Position numbers and translations under genes: made by a program. A stretch of DNA of 51,831 bases from an uncultured Gammaproteobacteria bacterium (lineage in GTDB: Bacteria; Patescibacteriota; Patescibacteriia; UBA2196): the NCBI GenBank assembly GCA_964488715.1, contig CAZAVD010000001.1, forward strand, positions 1-51,831. The letters run 5' to 3'. Below the pieces are notes generated by a model. The model had not been told where the DNA came from, made no database searches, and saw only the letters and a program-made list of their open reading frames with translations. Positions 35,341 through 42,427 of this stretch are shown one piece after another (position 1 is the first letter of the stretch; every line of letters begins with the position of its first letter).

Positions 35341-35381
35341 GCAAGGTTGTTGTTAACACTCCAGCAACCTTGCCTATTTTT
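35341..35381 (+). terminator. rho-independent terminator of the cassette
   Basis: GCAAGGTTG (35341..35349) pairs with CAACCTTGC (35365..35373), followed by CTATTTTT. Confidence 0.7.
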
Positions 35382-35426
35382 CAAAGTTTATAAAAATGTT
35401 ATTATAATTTTTGAAGAATATCAAAG

Positions 35427-35520
35427 TTTTCACTCATCTGAGTGATGACGGTAAATATGTCAGTTAGATTTCTCTCTTGTCTGATATACTTGCCAAATGT
35501 CATCCTCAGGTGAGTGAAAA
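35427..35520. repeat. 22-23 bp inverted repeat with a 49-nt spacer
   Basis: TTTTCACTCATCTGAGTGATGAC (35427..35449) pairs with GTCATCCTCAGGTGAGTGAAAA (35499..35520). The spacer contains TCTCTCTTGT (35471..35480). Confidence 0.75.
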
Positions 35521-35708
35521 TAAATAAATGTTTATCATAAATTTAGTTCTGGTATAAAAATTAATCCTGTGTTATTCTTAAAATAAGTTCCAACGTCCTT
35601 CACGATAGAGCTCCAATTATATTTTACTAAAAAAGAATTACGTAATTAATTACATAATTCTTTTTTTGATTGGAAAACAATAGTTGTCAAACTATTTTAC
35701 ATACATAT

Positions 35709-35737
35709 TTGACAAATATTCTTTACATTAGTATAAT
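35709..35737 (+). promoter_or_regulatory. consensus promoter TTGACA-17-TATAAT
   Basis: TTGACA at 35709..35714 and TATAAT at 35732..35737. The inverted repeat TTGTCAAA...TTTGACAA (35685..35716) overlaps the -35 box. Confidence 0.6.
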
Positions 35738-35756
35738 ATAATTATAAATTAAACCT

Positions 35757-36554
35757 GTGGAAAAATTTATGATTAAAAAATTAGCGCAAACAATTAAAAA
35801 ACTGCGTTTAAAAAATGAATTTTCTCAAGAATATTTAGCAAACGAATTAGATATTTCACGCCCTACTTATATTCAAATTGAAAAAGGCGAACGGGAGATC
35901 ACTATTTCAGAAGCAAAAAAATTAGCTTTAATTTTTAGCATAACATTAGAAGATTTGTTAAAAGATAAAAATTTAGAAATTAAGATTAATTTTGAAAAAG
36001 AAAAAGAAATTAAAAAAACAACAGGACCAGAAATTAGAATTAGCGTGCCACAAAAAAATTTGAAAAAATTTAAAGAAGTTTTGTTATATATTTTAGAAAA
36101 AATTGGAGCTAAGCCAAATATTGGCGAAACAGCATTATATAAAATATTGTATTTTATAGATTTTGATTATTATGAAAAACATGAAGAACAATTAATTGGT
36201 GCTACTTATATTAAAAATCGTTATGGTCCAACGCCAGTTGAATTTAAAAAAATAATTGATCAAATGCAAAATAACAAAGAAGTAGTTAAAATAAATAACA
36301 AATATTTTCAATACGAGCAAAAAAAATATTTGCCCCGCAGAGAGCCAGATTTAAGTAAATTGTCAGCGCAAGAAATTATACATATTGATGAGGTTTTGGA
36401 TCGTTTGTCAAGTAAAAGCGCAAAAGAATTATCAGAATATTCTCACGGCGATATTCCTTGGAAAACACATAATAATGGAGAAAAAATTAGTTATGAGACT
36501 GTTTTTTATCGTGATGATAAATATTCTGTCAGAGAGTATGATGATGAATTATAA
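35757..36554 (+). CDS. XRE-HTH fused to a Panacea/SocA (DUF4065) antitoxin domain
   Basis: HTH: LRLKNEFSQEYLANELDISRPTYIQIEKGEREITISEAKKLALIF. Panacea-like: ETALYKILYFIDFDYYEKHEEQLIGATYIKNRYGPTPVEF. An alternative ATG lies at 35769. Confidence 0.7.
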   Translation: MEKFMIKKLAQTIKKLRLKNEFSQEYLANELDISRPTYIQIEKGEREITISEAKKLALIFSITLEDLLKDKNLEIKINFEKEKEIKKTTGPEIRISVPQKNLKKFKEVLLYILEKIGAKPNIGETALYKILYFIDFDYYEKHEEQLIGATYIKNRYGPTPVEFKKIIDQMQNNKEVVKINNKYFQYEQKKYLPRREPDLSKLSAQEIIHIDEVLDRLSSKSAKELSEYSHGDIPWKTHNNGEKISYETVFYRDDKYSVREYDDEL

Positions 36555-36876
36555 ATCCACACAAGAGTTTTCTAAAGATTTTAAAAAATTATTTAAGAAG
36601 TATAAAACACTTAAACAGGATTTAGACAACTTTAAAGGTAGATTCCCTGAAATAGATTTATTTGGTAATAAAAATTTTGCTATTTTTTATGACAATGGAA
36701 GGACAAAAATAATAAAAGCTAGATTTTTTTGTAGATATCTAAAAGGAAAAACATTAAGGATAATTTTTGCTTATTATTCAAATGAAAAGATAGTAGAATT
36801 TATAGAAATATATTTTAAAGGCAACAAAGAAAGGGAAGATCAGGATAGAATAAAAGAATATTTAAAAACTACATAG
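36538..36876 (+). CDS. small toxin candidate (RelE/ParE-like fold suspected)
   Basis: ATGATGATG start at 36538..36546, overlapping the antitoxin stop. About 112 aa. LKGKTLRIIFAYYSNEKIVEFIEIYFKGNKE resembles the RelE/ParE core. Confidence 0.45.
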   Translation: MMMNYKSTQEFSKDFKKLFKKYKTLKQDLDNFKGRFPEIDLFGNKNFAIFYDNGRTKIIKARFFCRYLKGKTLRIIFAYYSNEKIVEFIEIYFKGNKEREDQDRIKEYLKTT

Positions 36877-36916
36877 ATATCTACGTAGTTTTTGATTATA
36901 TATGAAATTTACTCTT

Positions 36917-37483
36917 CTACTCTTTCCCAAACACAATTCCATAATGGAATTTACCAGCTTCAAATTGTTTATCAACTGTTAAACCAAAACTTTCTGCAAT
37001 TCCAATTAATTGTTCAGCAGGAATCTTATCTTCTGGTTTAGGCCCAATAGGAAAACGCCCAGCTTGCCAATCAATTATTAATAATTTGCCATTTGGTTTT
37101 AATAATCTCACTGCTTCTTTAATTATTTCATTATCATTGTTACTTTGAAATAAAATATTAATTAACAAAGCAAAGTCCAAATAATTATTATTAATTTTAG
37201 TAGCGCCATATTTTTCTAAATTTGACCAAACAGTTTTAACATTATTTAGACCTAATAAACGCGCGCGAGCATCAACATTTGATAAAGCAGATTTTAAAAT
37301 ATCAACTCCATAAATTACACCATCAGGTCCAACAATTTGAGCAGCTTTAATAACAAAAAAACCAATTCCACCACAACCTAAATCAGCGATGTAAGAACCA
37401 TAAGTTACACCTAATTTGTTTTTTAATAAATCGTCAGCATCAAGCAATTCATTGCCACCTGGGGCCTGTTTCAAATTCTTCAT
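36917..37483 (-). CDS. class I SAM-dependent methyltransferase
   Basis: Motif I: IADLGCGGIGFF. LKPNGKLLIID. Length 188 aa. Confidence 0.75.
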   Translation of the reverse strand: MKNLKQAPGGNELLDADDLLKNKLGVTYGSYIADLGCGGIGFFVIKAAQIVGPDGVIYGVDILKSALSNVDARARLLGLNNVKTVWSNLEKYGATKINNNYLDFALLINILFQSNNDNEIIKEAVRLLKPNGKLLIIDWQAGRFPIGPKPEDKIPAEQLIGIAESFGLTVDKQFEAGKFHYGIVFGKE

Positions 37484-37651
37484 AAAAATTAATTTTATTA
37501 CACTTTTTATTATATCAGGTTTTGAGAATTAAGACACATTTTGTTCAATTTCTAATTCACCTAATTTCTAATTTCCAATAAAATTTTAATGTCTAAATTA
37601 AAAATTAGACATTATTTAATTAGAAATTTATTAGAAATTATAATTTATAAT

Positions 37652-38257
37652 TTAGAAATTTTCAGAGATTGGTTTATAAGAAAACCTATGGACTTCGCAA
37701 GCACCGTGTCTCTTCAGCGCATCTATATGTTTTTTTGTTCCATAACCTTTATGTTTATGAAAATTATATTCCGGATATTTTTGATGTAAATTTTTTAAAA
37801 TTTGATCTCGTACAACTTTGGCAACAATTGAAGCTGCGGCAATAGAAATAATTTTTTGGTCACCTTTAATTACAAATTCATTTTTAATTAAAGAGTCTAA
37901 ATTGCGCAAACCATCAATTAATAAATAGTCAGGTTTTAAGTTTAGTTTTTTAACAGCGCGTTCAAAAGCTAATCTATTTGCTGGTAAAATTCCTATGTCA
38001 TCAATTTCTTTTGAATTTACAACACCAACTGACCATGCCAAACAATTTTTAGTAATATACAAAAACATTTGTTCTCTTTTTTGTGCTGACAATAATTTAG
38101 AATCTTTAATATTTTTTACTTTTGTATTTGGATAAAAAATTATTGCGCTTGAAACCAAAGGACCTGCCCAAGAACCACGACCAGCCTCATCTAAACCAGC
38201 TATAATGTCATAGCCTTGTTTTCTAAGTTTATTTTCATATCTATTTGTTGGACGCAT
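37652..38257 (-). CDS. rnhB: ribonuclease HII
   Basis: GLDEAGRGSWAGPLV, DSKLL and GYGT..H motifs. Length 201 aa. Confidence 0.9.
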   Translation of the reverse strand: MRPTNRYENKLRKQGYDIIAGLDEAGRGSWAGPLVSSAIIFYPNTKVKNIKDSKLLSAQKREQMFLYITKNCLAWSVGVVNSKEIDDIGILPANRLAFERAVKKLNLKPDYLLIDGLRNLDSLIKNEFVIKGDQKIISIAAASIVAKVVRDQILKNLHQKYPEYNFHKHKGYGTKKHIDALKRHGACEVHRFSYKPISENF

Positions 38258-38266
38258 ATTATTAAA

Positions 38267-38797
38267 TTAATACCATTCTACTGGCACATCATAAGTTTCC
38301 CATAGGCTTTTAAATTTTACATTTTTATTTTCCACACCATATTCATAAATATTTTTAGTCACCTCTACATCTTGTAAACAATATTTTTTTAAATCTTCAA
38401 TTTTTCCATTTCGCCACATTTCAATTGCTTCCAATCCTGTGCCACTTTTTCCAGTTTTCAATGATCCTTGGGCAACGCTTTCTAGTTTTACTCTATAACC
38501 TAAATATTTTTGCAAAACATCCATAATATCTAAAGTTTTTATTGAACTAAAATTTGTATTCTTTAAATAGCTTTCTAAAACAAGGTAATCAAAGCCAAAC
38601 AAATTAAATCCAATTACTAATTCTGCTGAATTAATTAATTTTTCCAGTTCATCCAGCTCATCTTCCATAAAAGTTAAAAATTTATTGCTTCCATACCAAT
38701 AAACGCCTACTAAAGAAATCTTTAAAGCTTTTAAATTTGATTTACCACCAATATCTTTAAATGAATTTTGTGTTTCAATGTCTAGAACTAATTTCAT
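38267..38797 (-). CDS. RNase H-like / 3'-5' exonuclease-fold protein
   Basis: LVLDIETQ start (DxE), later FNLFGFDYLVL, and DV near the C-terminus. Length 176 aa. Confidence 0.55.
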   Translation of the reverse strand: MKLVLDIETQNSFKDIGGKSNLKALKISLVGVYWYGSNKFLTFMEDELDELEKLINSAELVIGFNLFGFDYLVLESYLKNTNFSSIKTLDIMDVLQKYLGYRVKLESVAQGSLKTGKSGTGLEAIEMWRNGKIEDLKKYCLQDVEVTKNIYEYGVENKNVKFKSLWETYDVPVEWY

Positions 38798-38809
38798 ATT
38801 ATAATTATA

Positions 38810-40051
38810 TCATTTTTTAATTATTTTATACACCTCATCATTAGTTCTAACTAATTCATCAATCTTAATAGCAACTATATCACCTTGCTTTGCGTTTTTT
38901 ATTTTCTTGTGATTGATTTCTAGAGAATTAATTTTTTGTTTCACAACACCGGTTGTTGGACCTTGAATTAAAATATTATTATTAATATTTAATTTTTTAT
39001 TAGCTTGAATTTTAATTTCTGCAACTGATATTTTGTTATAAAAATGTTTTATTGTGCCAATGTGAATTTTTTTCTCACTAGCTTGACTTCCATAACTGTG
39101 CGACCATTCATTAATTGGTTTTCCTAAATAAAATCCATCTGAAAATTTTCTATTATAAACTGTGTTTAGTTTTTTTAATAATTTATTTTTTAATTTATTA
39201 AAGTTATTATTAAAATTTTTATTTTTATAATTATCAAAATAAAAATCTATTGCTTCTCTATACACACTAGTTACAGTTTTAACATATTCTGGACTTCTGT
39301 TTCTGCCCTCTATTTTAAAACTAGCAACATCTAGCTTAATCAATTTTTCAATAAAAGGTAAAGTACACAAATCTTTAGGAGATAAAACATAATCTTCATC
39401 AATTTCATATTCATTTTTACCATCAATTTCTTTAATTAAATATTTTCTACGACAAGGCTGTAAACATTCTCCGCGATTAGCTGATTTGTTATATTTAAAT
39501 TGTGATAAAAAACATCTACCAGAAACTGACACGCACATAGCTCCATGAATGAATACTTCTAAATTGATTTTAATTTTTTTATTGATCTTTTTTATATCAC
39601 TTAACGAGCATTCACGCGCCAATATAACTCGCGATGCTCCTAGTCTTTTATAAAATTCTGCTGACTTAGAATTAGCTATGCTAGCTTGTGTGCTTATGTG
39701 CAATTCTAATTTATATTTTTTAACTAGTTCAATTACTGCCATATCCCAACAAATTATCGCATCAATTTTGGCTAATTTAGCTTTTTTCAATAAATTTTTT
39801 AATTTATTTAATTCAGATTCATAAATAATAATATTCAAAGCTAAATATGCTTTTATATTATTATCATGACAAATTTTAGTAATTTTTTTTAAATCAGCAA
39901 CAGTAAAATTTTTTGCACCAGCGCGCATGTTAAAACCGCGAATACCAAAATACACAGCATCAGCGCCGCCCTGAATTGCAGCTTGTAGTGAAGTAAAATC
40001 TTGAATTGGAGATAAAAGTTCTGGTTTTTGCATATTTTTTACAAATGTCAT
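38810..40051 (-). CDS. U32 family peptidase-like protein
   Basis: PELLSP...GADAVYFG, E.F.HGAMC.S.SGRC and FKIEGR motifs. Length 413 aa. Confidence 0.8.
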   Translation of the reverse strand: MTFVKNMQKPELLSPIQDFTSLQAAIQGGADAVYFGIRGFNMRAGAKNFTVADLKKITKICHDNNIKAYLALNIIIYESELNKLKNLLKKAKLAKIDAIICWDMAVIELVKKYKLELHISTQASIANSKSAEFYKRLGASRVILARECSLSDIKKINKKIKINLEVFIHGAMCVSVSGRCFLSQFKYNKSANRGECLQPCRRKYLIKEIDGKNEYEIDEDYVLSPKDLCTLPFIEKLIKLDVASFKIEGRNRSPEYVKTVTSVYREAIDFYFDNYKNKNFNNNFNKLKNKLLKKLNTVYNRKFSDGFYLGKPINEWSHSYGSQASEKKIHIGTIKHFYNKISVAEIKIQANKKLNINNNILIQGPTTGVVKQKINSLEINHKKIKNAKQGDIVAIKIDELVRTNDEVYKIIKK

Positions 40052-40776
40052 TTTAAATTTAAATAATATTTTCTTAATTTTTCTGGCAACCTTTCAATTG
40101 AATATCTTAACATTGTTCTCGGCATTTTAAGAGTATGTTTATTTAAAAAATTTATTAATTCGCGTTCATCACGCTTTCCTGTTTCACGCAGCATCCATCC
40201 AACTGCTTTATGAATTAAATCATGCTTATCTGATAATAATATTTCTGCAATTTTTATTGTGTCTGCAAATTTATTTTCTTTTATAAAAGCAAAAGTAGCT
40301 AGCACAGCAATTCTGCGTTCCCAGAGATTTTTTGATTTTGCTAGTTTATATAATATTTTAATATTATTTTTATTATTTAATAAATATCTACCCACAATAT
40401 TTGGCGCAGACAAATCAACCAAATCCCAGTTGTTAATTTTGGATGTATTTTTTAAATAAAAATTAAAAATATCTTTTTTTGACGGGATCCCATCGCTTCG
40501 CTCGGGATGACAGCACTTTTTAAATTTCTCAACTAAAATTAAAACTCCAACCAATCTATATTCATGTATTTTAGAATTTAATAATTTTTGAACATCATTT
40601 AAACTAACTTGTTTAAAATATTTTTTAACAACTTTTCTTTGCTTGGGAACCACAATTCCTAAAAAAATATCACCTTCACCATATTCGCCTTTCCCAGTCT
40701 TAAAAAACCTTTGCAAAATTTTAGCTTTAGCAGGATTTTTTAGTTTATTTAACTCTTGAGATATATTTTTATACAT
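40048..40776 (-). CDS. DNA alkylation repair protein (AlkD-like HEAT repeat)
   Basis: FFKTGKGEYGEGDIFLGI, NNWDLVD and WMLRE motifs. Contains an in-frame palindromic element. Confidence 0.75.
   Translation of the reverse strand: MYKNISQELNKLKNPAKAKILQRFFKTGKGEYGEGDIFLGIVVPKQRKVVKKYFKQVSLNDVQKLLNSKIHEYRLVGVLILVEKFKKCCHPERSDGIPSKKDIFNFYLKNTSKINNWDLVDLSAPNIVGRYLLNNKNNIKILYKLAKSKNLWERRIAVLATFAFIKENKFADTIKIAEILLSDKHDLIHKAVGWMLRETGKRDERELINFLNKHTLKMPRTMLRYSIERLPEKLRKYYLNLK
40484..40512. repeat. GC-rich palindromic element in frame in the AlkD-like gene
   Basis: GGGATCCCATCGCTTCGCTCGGGATGACA. Translated on the minus strand as CCHPERSDGIPS. Confidence 0.75.
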
Positions 40777-40889
40777 AATTTTATTCTAACATTGATTTTG
40801 GTTTTTGGGAAAATAAATAGAACAAATAGTCTGTTGTATTTGTCGATCGACAAATACAACAGACTAAATTTTATATTAAAAAATTAAAT

Positions 40890-40920
40890 AAAAAAACCAG
40901 ATAAATAATAAATCTGGCTT
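40890..40920 (-). terminator. terminator following the flippase relic
   Basis: On the minus strand, CCAGAT-TTATTATTT-ATCTGG followed by TTTTTT. Confidence 0.55.
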
Positions 40921-40942
40921 GATGTAATATTTTATCGTTACT

Positions 40943-41059
40943 TTAAATTTTAATAAATTTTTTAATTAGTTCTTTTTTTAGTCCTCCGGTTGTATAAATT
41001 ATTAATAAATAAATTAATGCTCCTAAAATCACACTAACAATAAGTCCAAAATTTGTCAA
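40943..41059 (-). pseudogene. relic 3' end of the flippase gene (38 codons)
   Basis: Reads (L)TNFGLIVSVILGALIYLLIIYTTGGLKKELIKKFIKI, against the flippase C-terminus TNFGLLISIVLGGFIYFVLIYLFKALKKDLIMSFFK. The 15-nt TCCAAAATTTGTCAA is identical at 41045..41059 and 42527..42541. Confidence 0.7.
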
Positions 41060-41811
41060 ACAACTTCCGCCGTATTCTTTAATCTCTCAATTTCATCTTT
41101 TAAAAACATTAATGCTTCTGGTTTTAATATTTTCCTAATTTGTTGAAACTTTTTAGGATCTAAAAGAAAATTCAAATCTTGATTAATAATATTTTGAGTT
41201 ATTTTGTTTTCTATAAATTTTACCAAATTTTTTAAAAAAGATTTTACTTCTTTTTTTCTGCGTTCAATAATAACTTCTGGGTTATATGTAAATCCTTGTA
41301 AGAAAAAATAGTGGATATCATATAAATCGCGACCTGCAATAGAGCCATTTCTTTCATAGCGCTCAATCAAAGCTACTAATTTATTTGCAAACATTGTTTC
41401 AATAGTTTGACAAGTAATAATTCTATCAATATCATTTAAGCGATAACTTTTATACTCATTTGACTTAGGCACAGGGAAAGTAATATCTATTTTAATAGTA
41501 TTTCTAGTTTTTTCTGAAGAAGGATATTTTAGAAAATATTGAGGAATTTTCTGACTTTGATCTTTAACAACCAATCCTAATTTTTCAAATGTCTTTTCTA
41601 AATTTTGTTTGACTTCTTTTAATTCAGACATATTAGCTACGTAATCAAAATCTAAATCAACAGAAAAACGATCTAAAAAACCAAGCATAGCAGAACATGT
41701 TCCACCTTTAAAATATAAAGCGGAAGATAAAAGCTGATTATCATAAATAGCTGTTAATAAACGGAACAGCCAAGCTTTGTGCATGGCATCTTTTTGGTTT
41801 GGTAAAATCAT
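41056..41811 (-). CDS. abiEii: AbiEii/AbiGii-family nucleotidyltransferase toxin
   Basis: FKGGTCSAMLGFLDRFSVDLDFDY NTase motif. 251 aa. Its start overlaps the stop codon of the upstream antitoxin gene by 4 nt. Confidence 0.8.
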   Translation of the reverse strand: MILPNQKDAMHKAWLFRLLTAIYDNQLLSSALYFKGGTCSAMLGFLDRFSVDLDFDYVANMSELKEVKQNLEKTFEKLGLVVKDQSQKIPQYFLKYPSSEKTRNTIKIDITFPVPKSNEYKSYRLNDIDRIITCQTIETMFANKLVALIERYERNGSIAGRDLYDIHYFFLQGFTYNPEVIIERRKKEVKSFLKNLVKFIENKITQNIINQDLNFLLDPKKFQQIRKILKPEALMFLKDEIERLKNTAEVV

Positions 41812-42386
41812 AAATTTGTACGAGTTAATGGATAGCCAATTGTTTTTTGGATATGTTTAATCTGCTTCCAATCAATTAATTTTGCATTATCAAAATGTGC
41901 CTTTGAATTAAAATATATTAAATCAGCTACAGCCCTTGCTAGAGTAGCAATTTTAATGCCATCTTTATTTTCTATACCAATTGTTTGGTAAAGAAACTTA
42001 TCATTTAATTGGCGTGAATAAAAATTATTATCTCCAATCTTGAATTTTTTTGATTTAGAACTGATTAAAGTAATTTTATCAGTTACTTGATTAATTATTC
42101 CTGCATTAGTTAAAACTGTTTCTGTGCTAATATATGAATACTCATGCAATGCTTTTATTCCCAACAAATATGGATCTAGCTCATTTATTGGTTTTAAAGC
42201 ATAAAAACCTCTATATATTCTATATATAAGGCCTTGTTGCACATATCTTTTAAGAGTTGTATGCAAAGTATTTTTATTCTTAATACTCCACAAATTAGCT
42301 AAATCTTTTGCATGAAACATTATTTCGCTTAATTTAGCCAATTTTGCAAATCTCTGTTGAGTTGTGTTGATTTTTACTGTACTCAT
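41808..42386 (-). CDS. abiEi: AbiEi-family antitoxin
   Basis: N-terminal wHTH, then YISTETVL...IATLARAVADLIY. Length 192 aa. Confidence 0.7.
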   Translation of the reverse strand: MSTVKINTTQQRFAKLAKLSEIMFHAKDLANLWSIKNKNTLHTTLKRYVQQGLIYRIYRGFYALKPINELDPYLLGIKALHEYSYISTETVLTNAGIINQVTDKITLISSKSKKFKIGDNNFYSRQLNDKFLYQTIGIENKDGIKIATLARAVADLIYFNSKAHFDNAKLIDWKQIKHIQKTIGYPLTRTNL

Positions 42387-42427
42387 ATGTACAGCTTAAC
42401 ATAACTTAAAAATATTGTCAAATCAAA

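Noticed and set aside
35587-35615. Possible displaced tRNA-Gly 3' half / att site (GTTCCAACGTCCTTCACGATAGAGCTCCA)
   Set aside because: It shares only TTCCAAC and GCTCCA with tRNA-Gly. It is 16 nt too short and has no T-arm. Judged coincidental.
5717-35667. TTACGTAA-containing inverted repeats (5717..5751 and 35630..35667)
   Set aside because: The 8-mer is AT-rich and about 2 occurrences are expected by chance in 52 kb of this composition. The two sites share nothing beyond the core.
36385-36537. Upstream extension of the toxin ORF (track start 36385)
   Set aside because: It overlaps 170 nt of the Panacea antitoxin gene in another frame. The ATGATGATG at 36538 gives the usual stop/start-overlapped TA arrangement.
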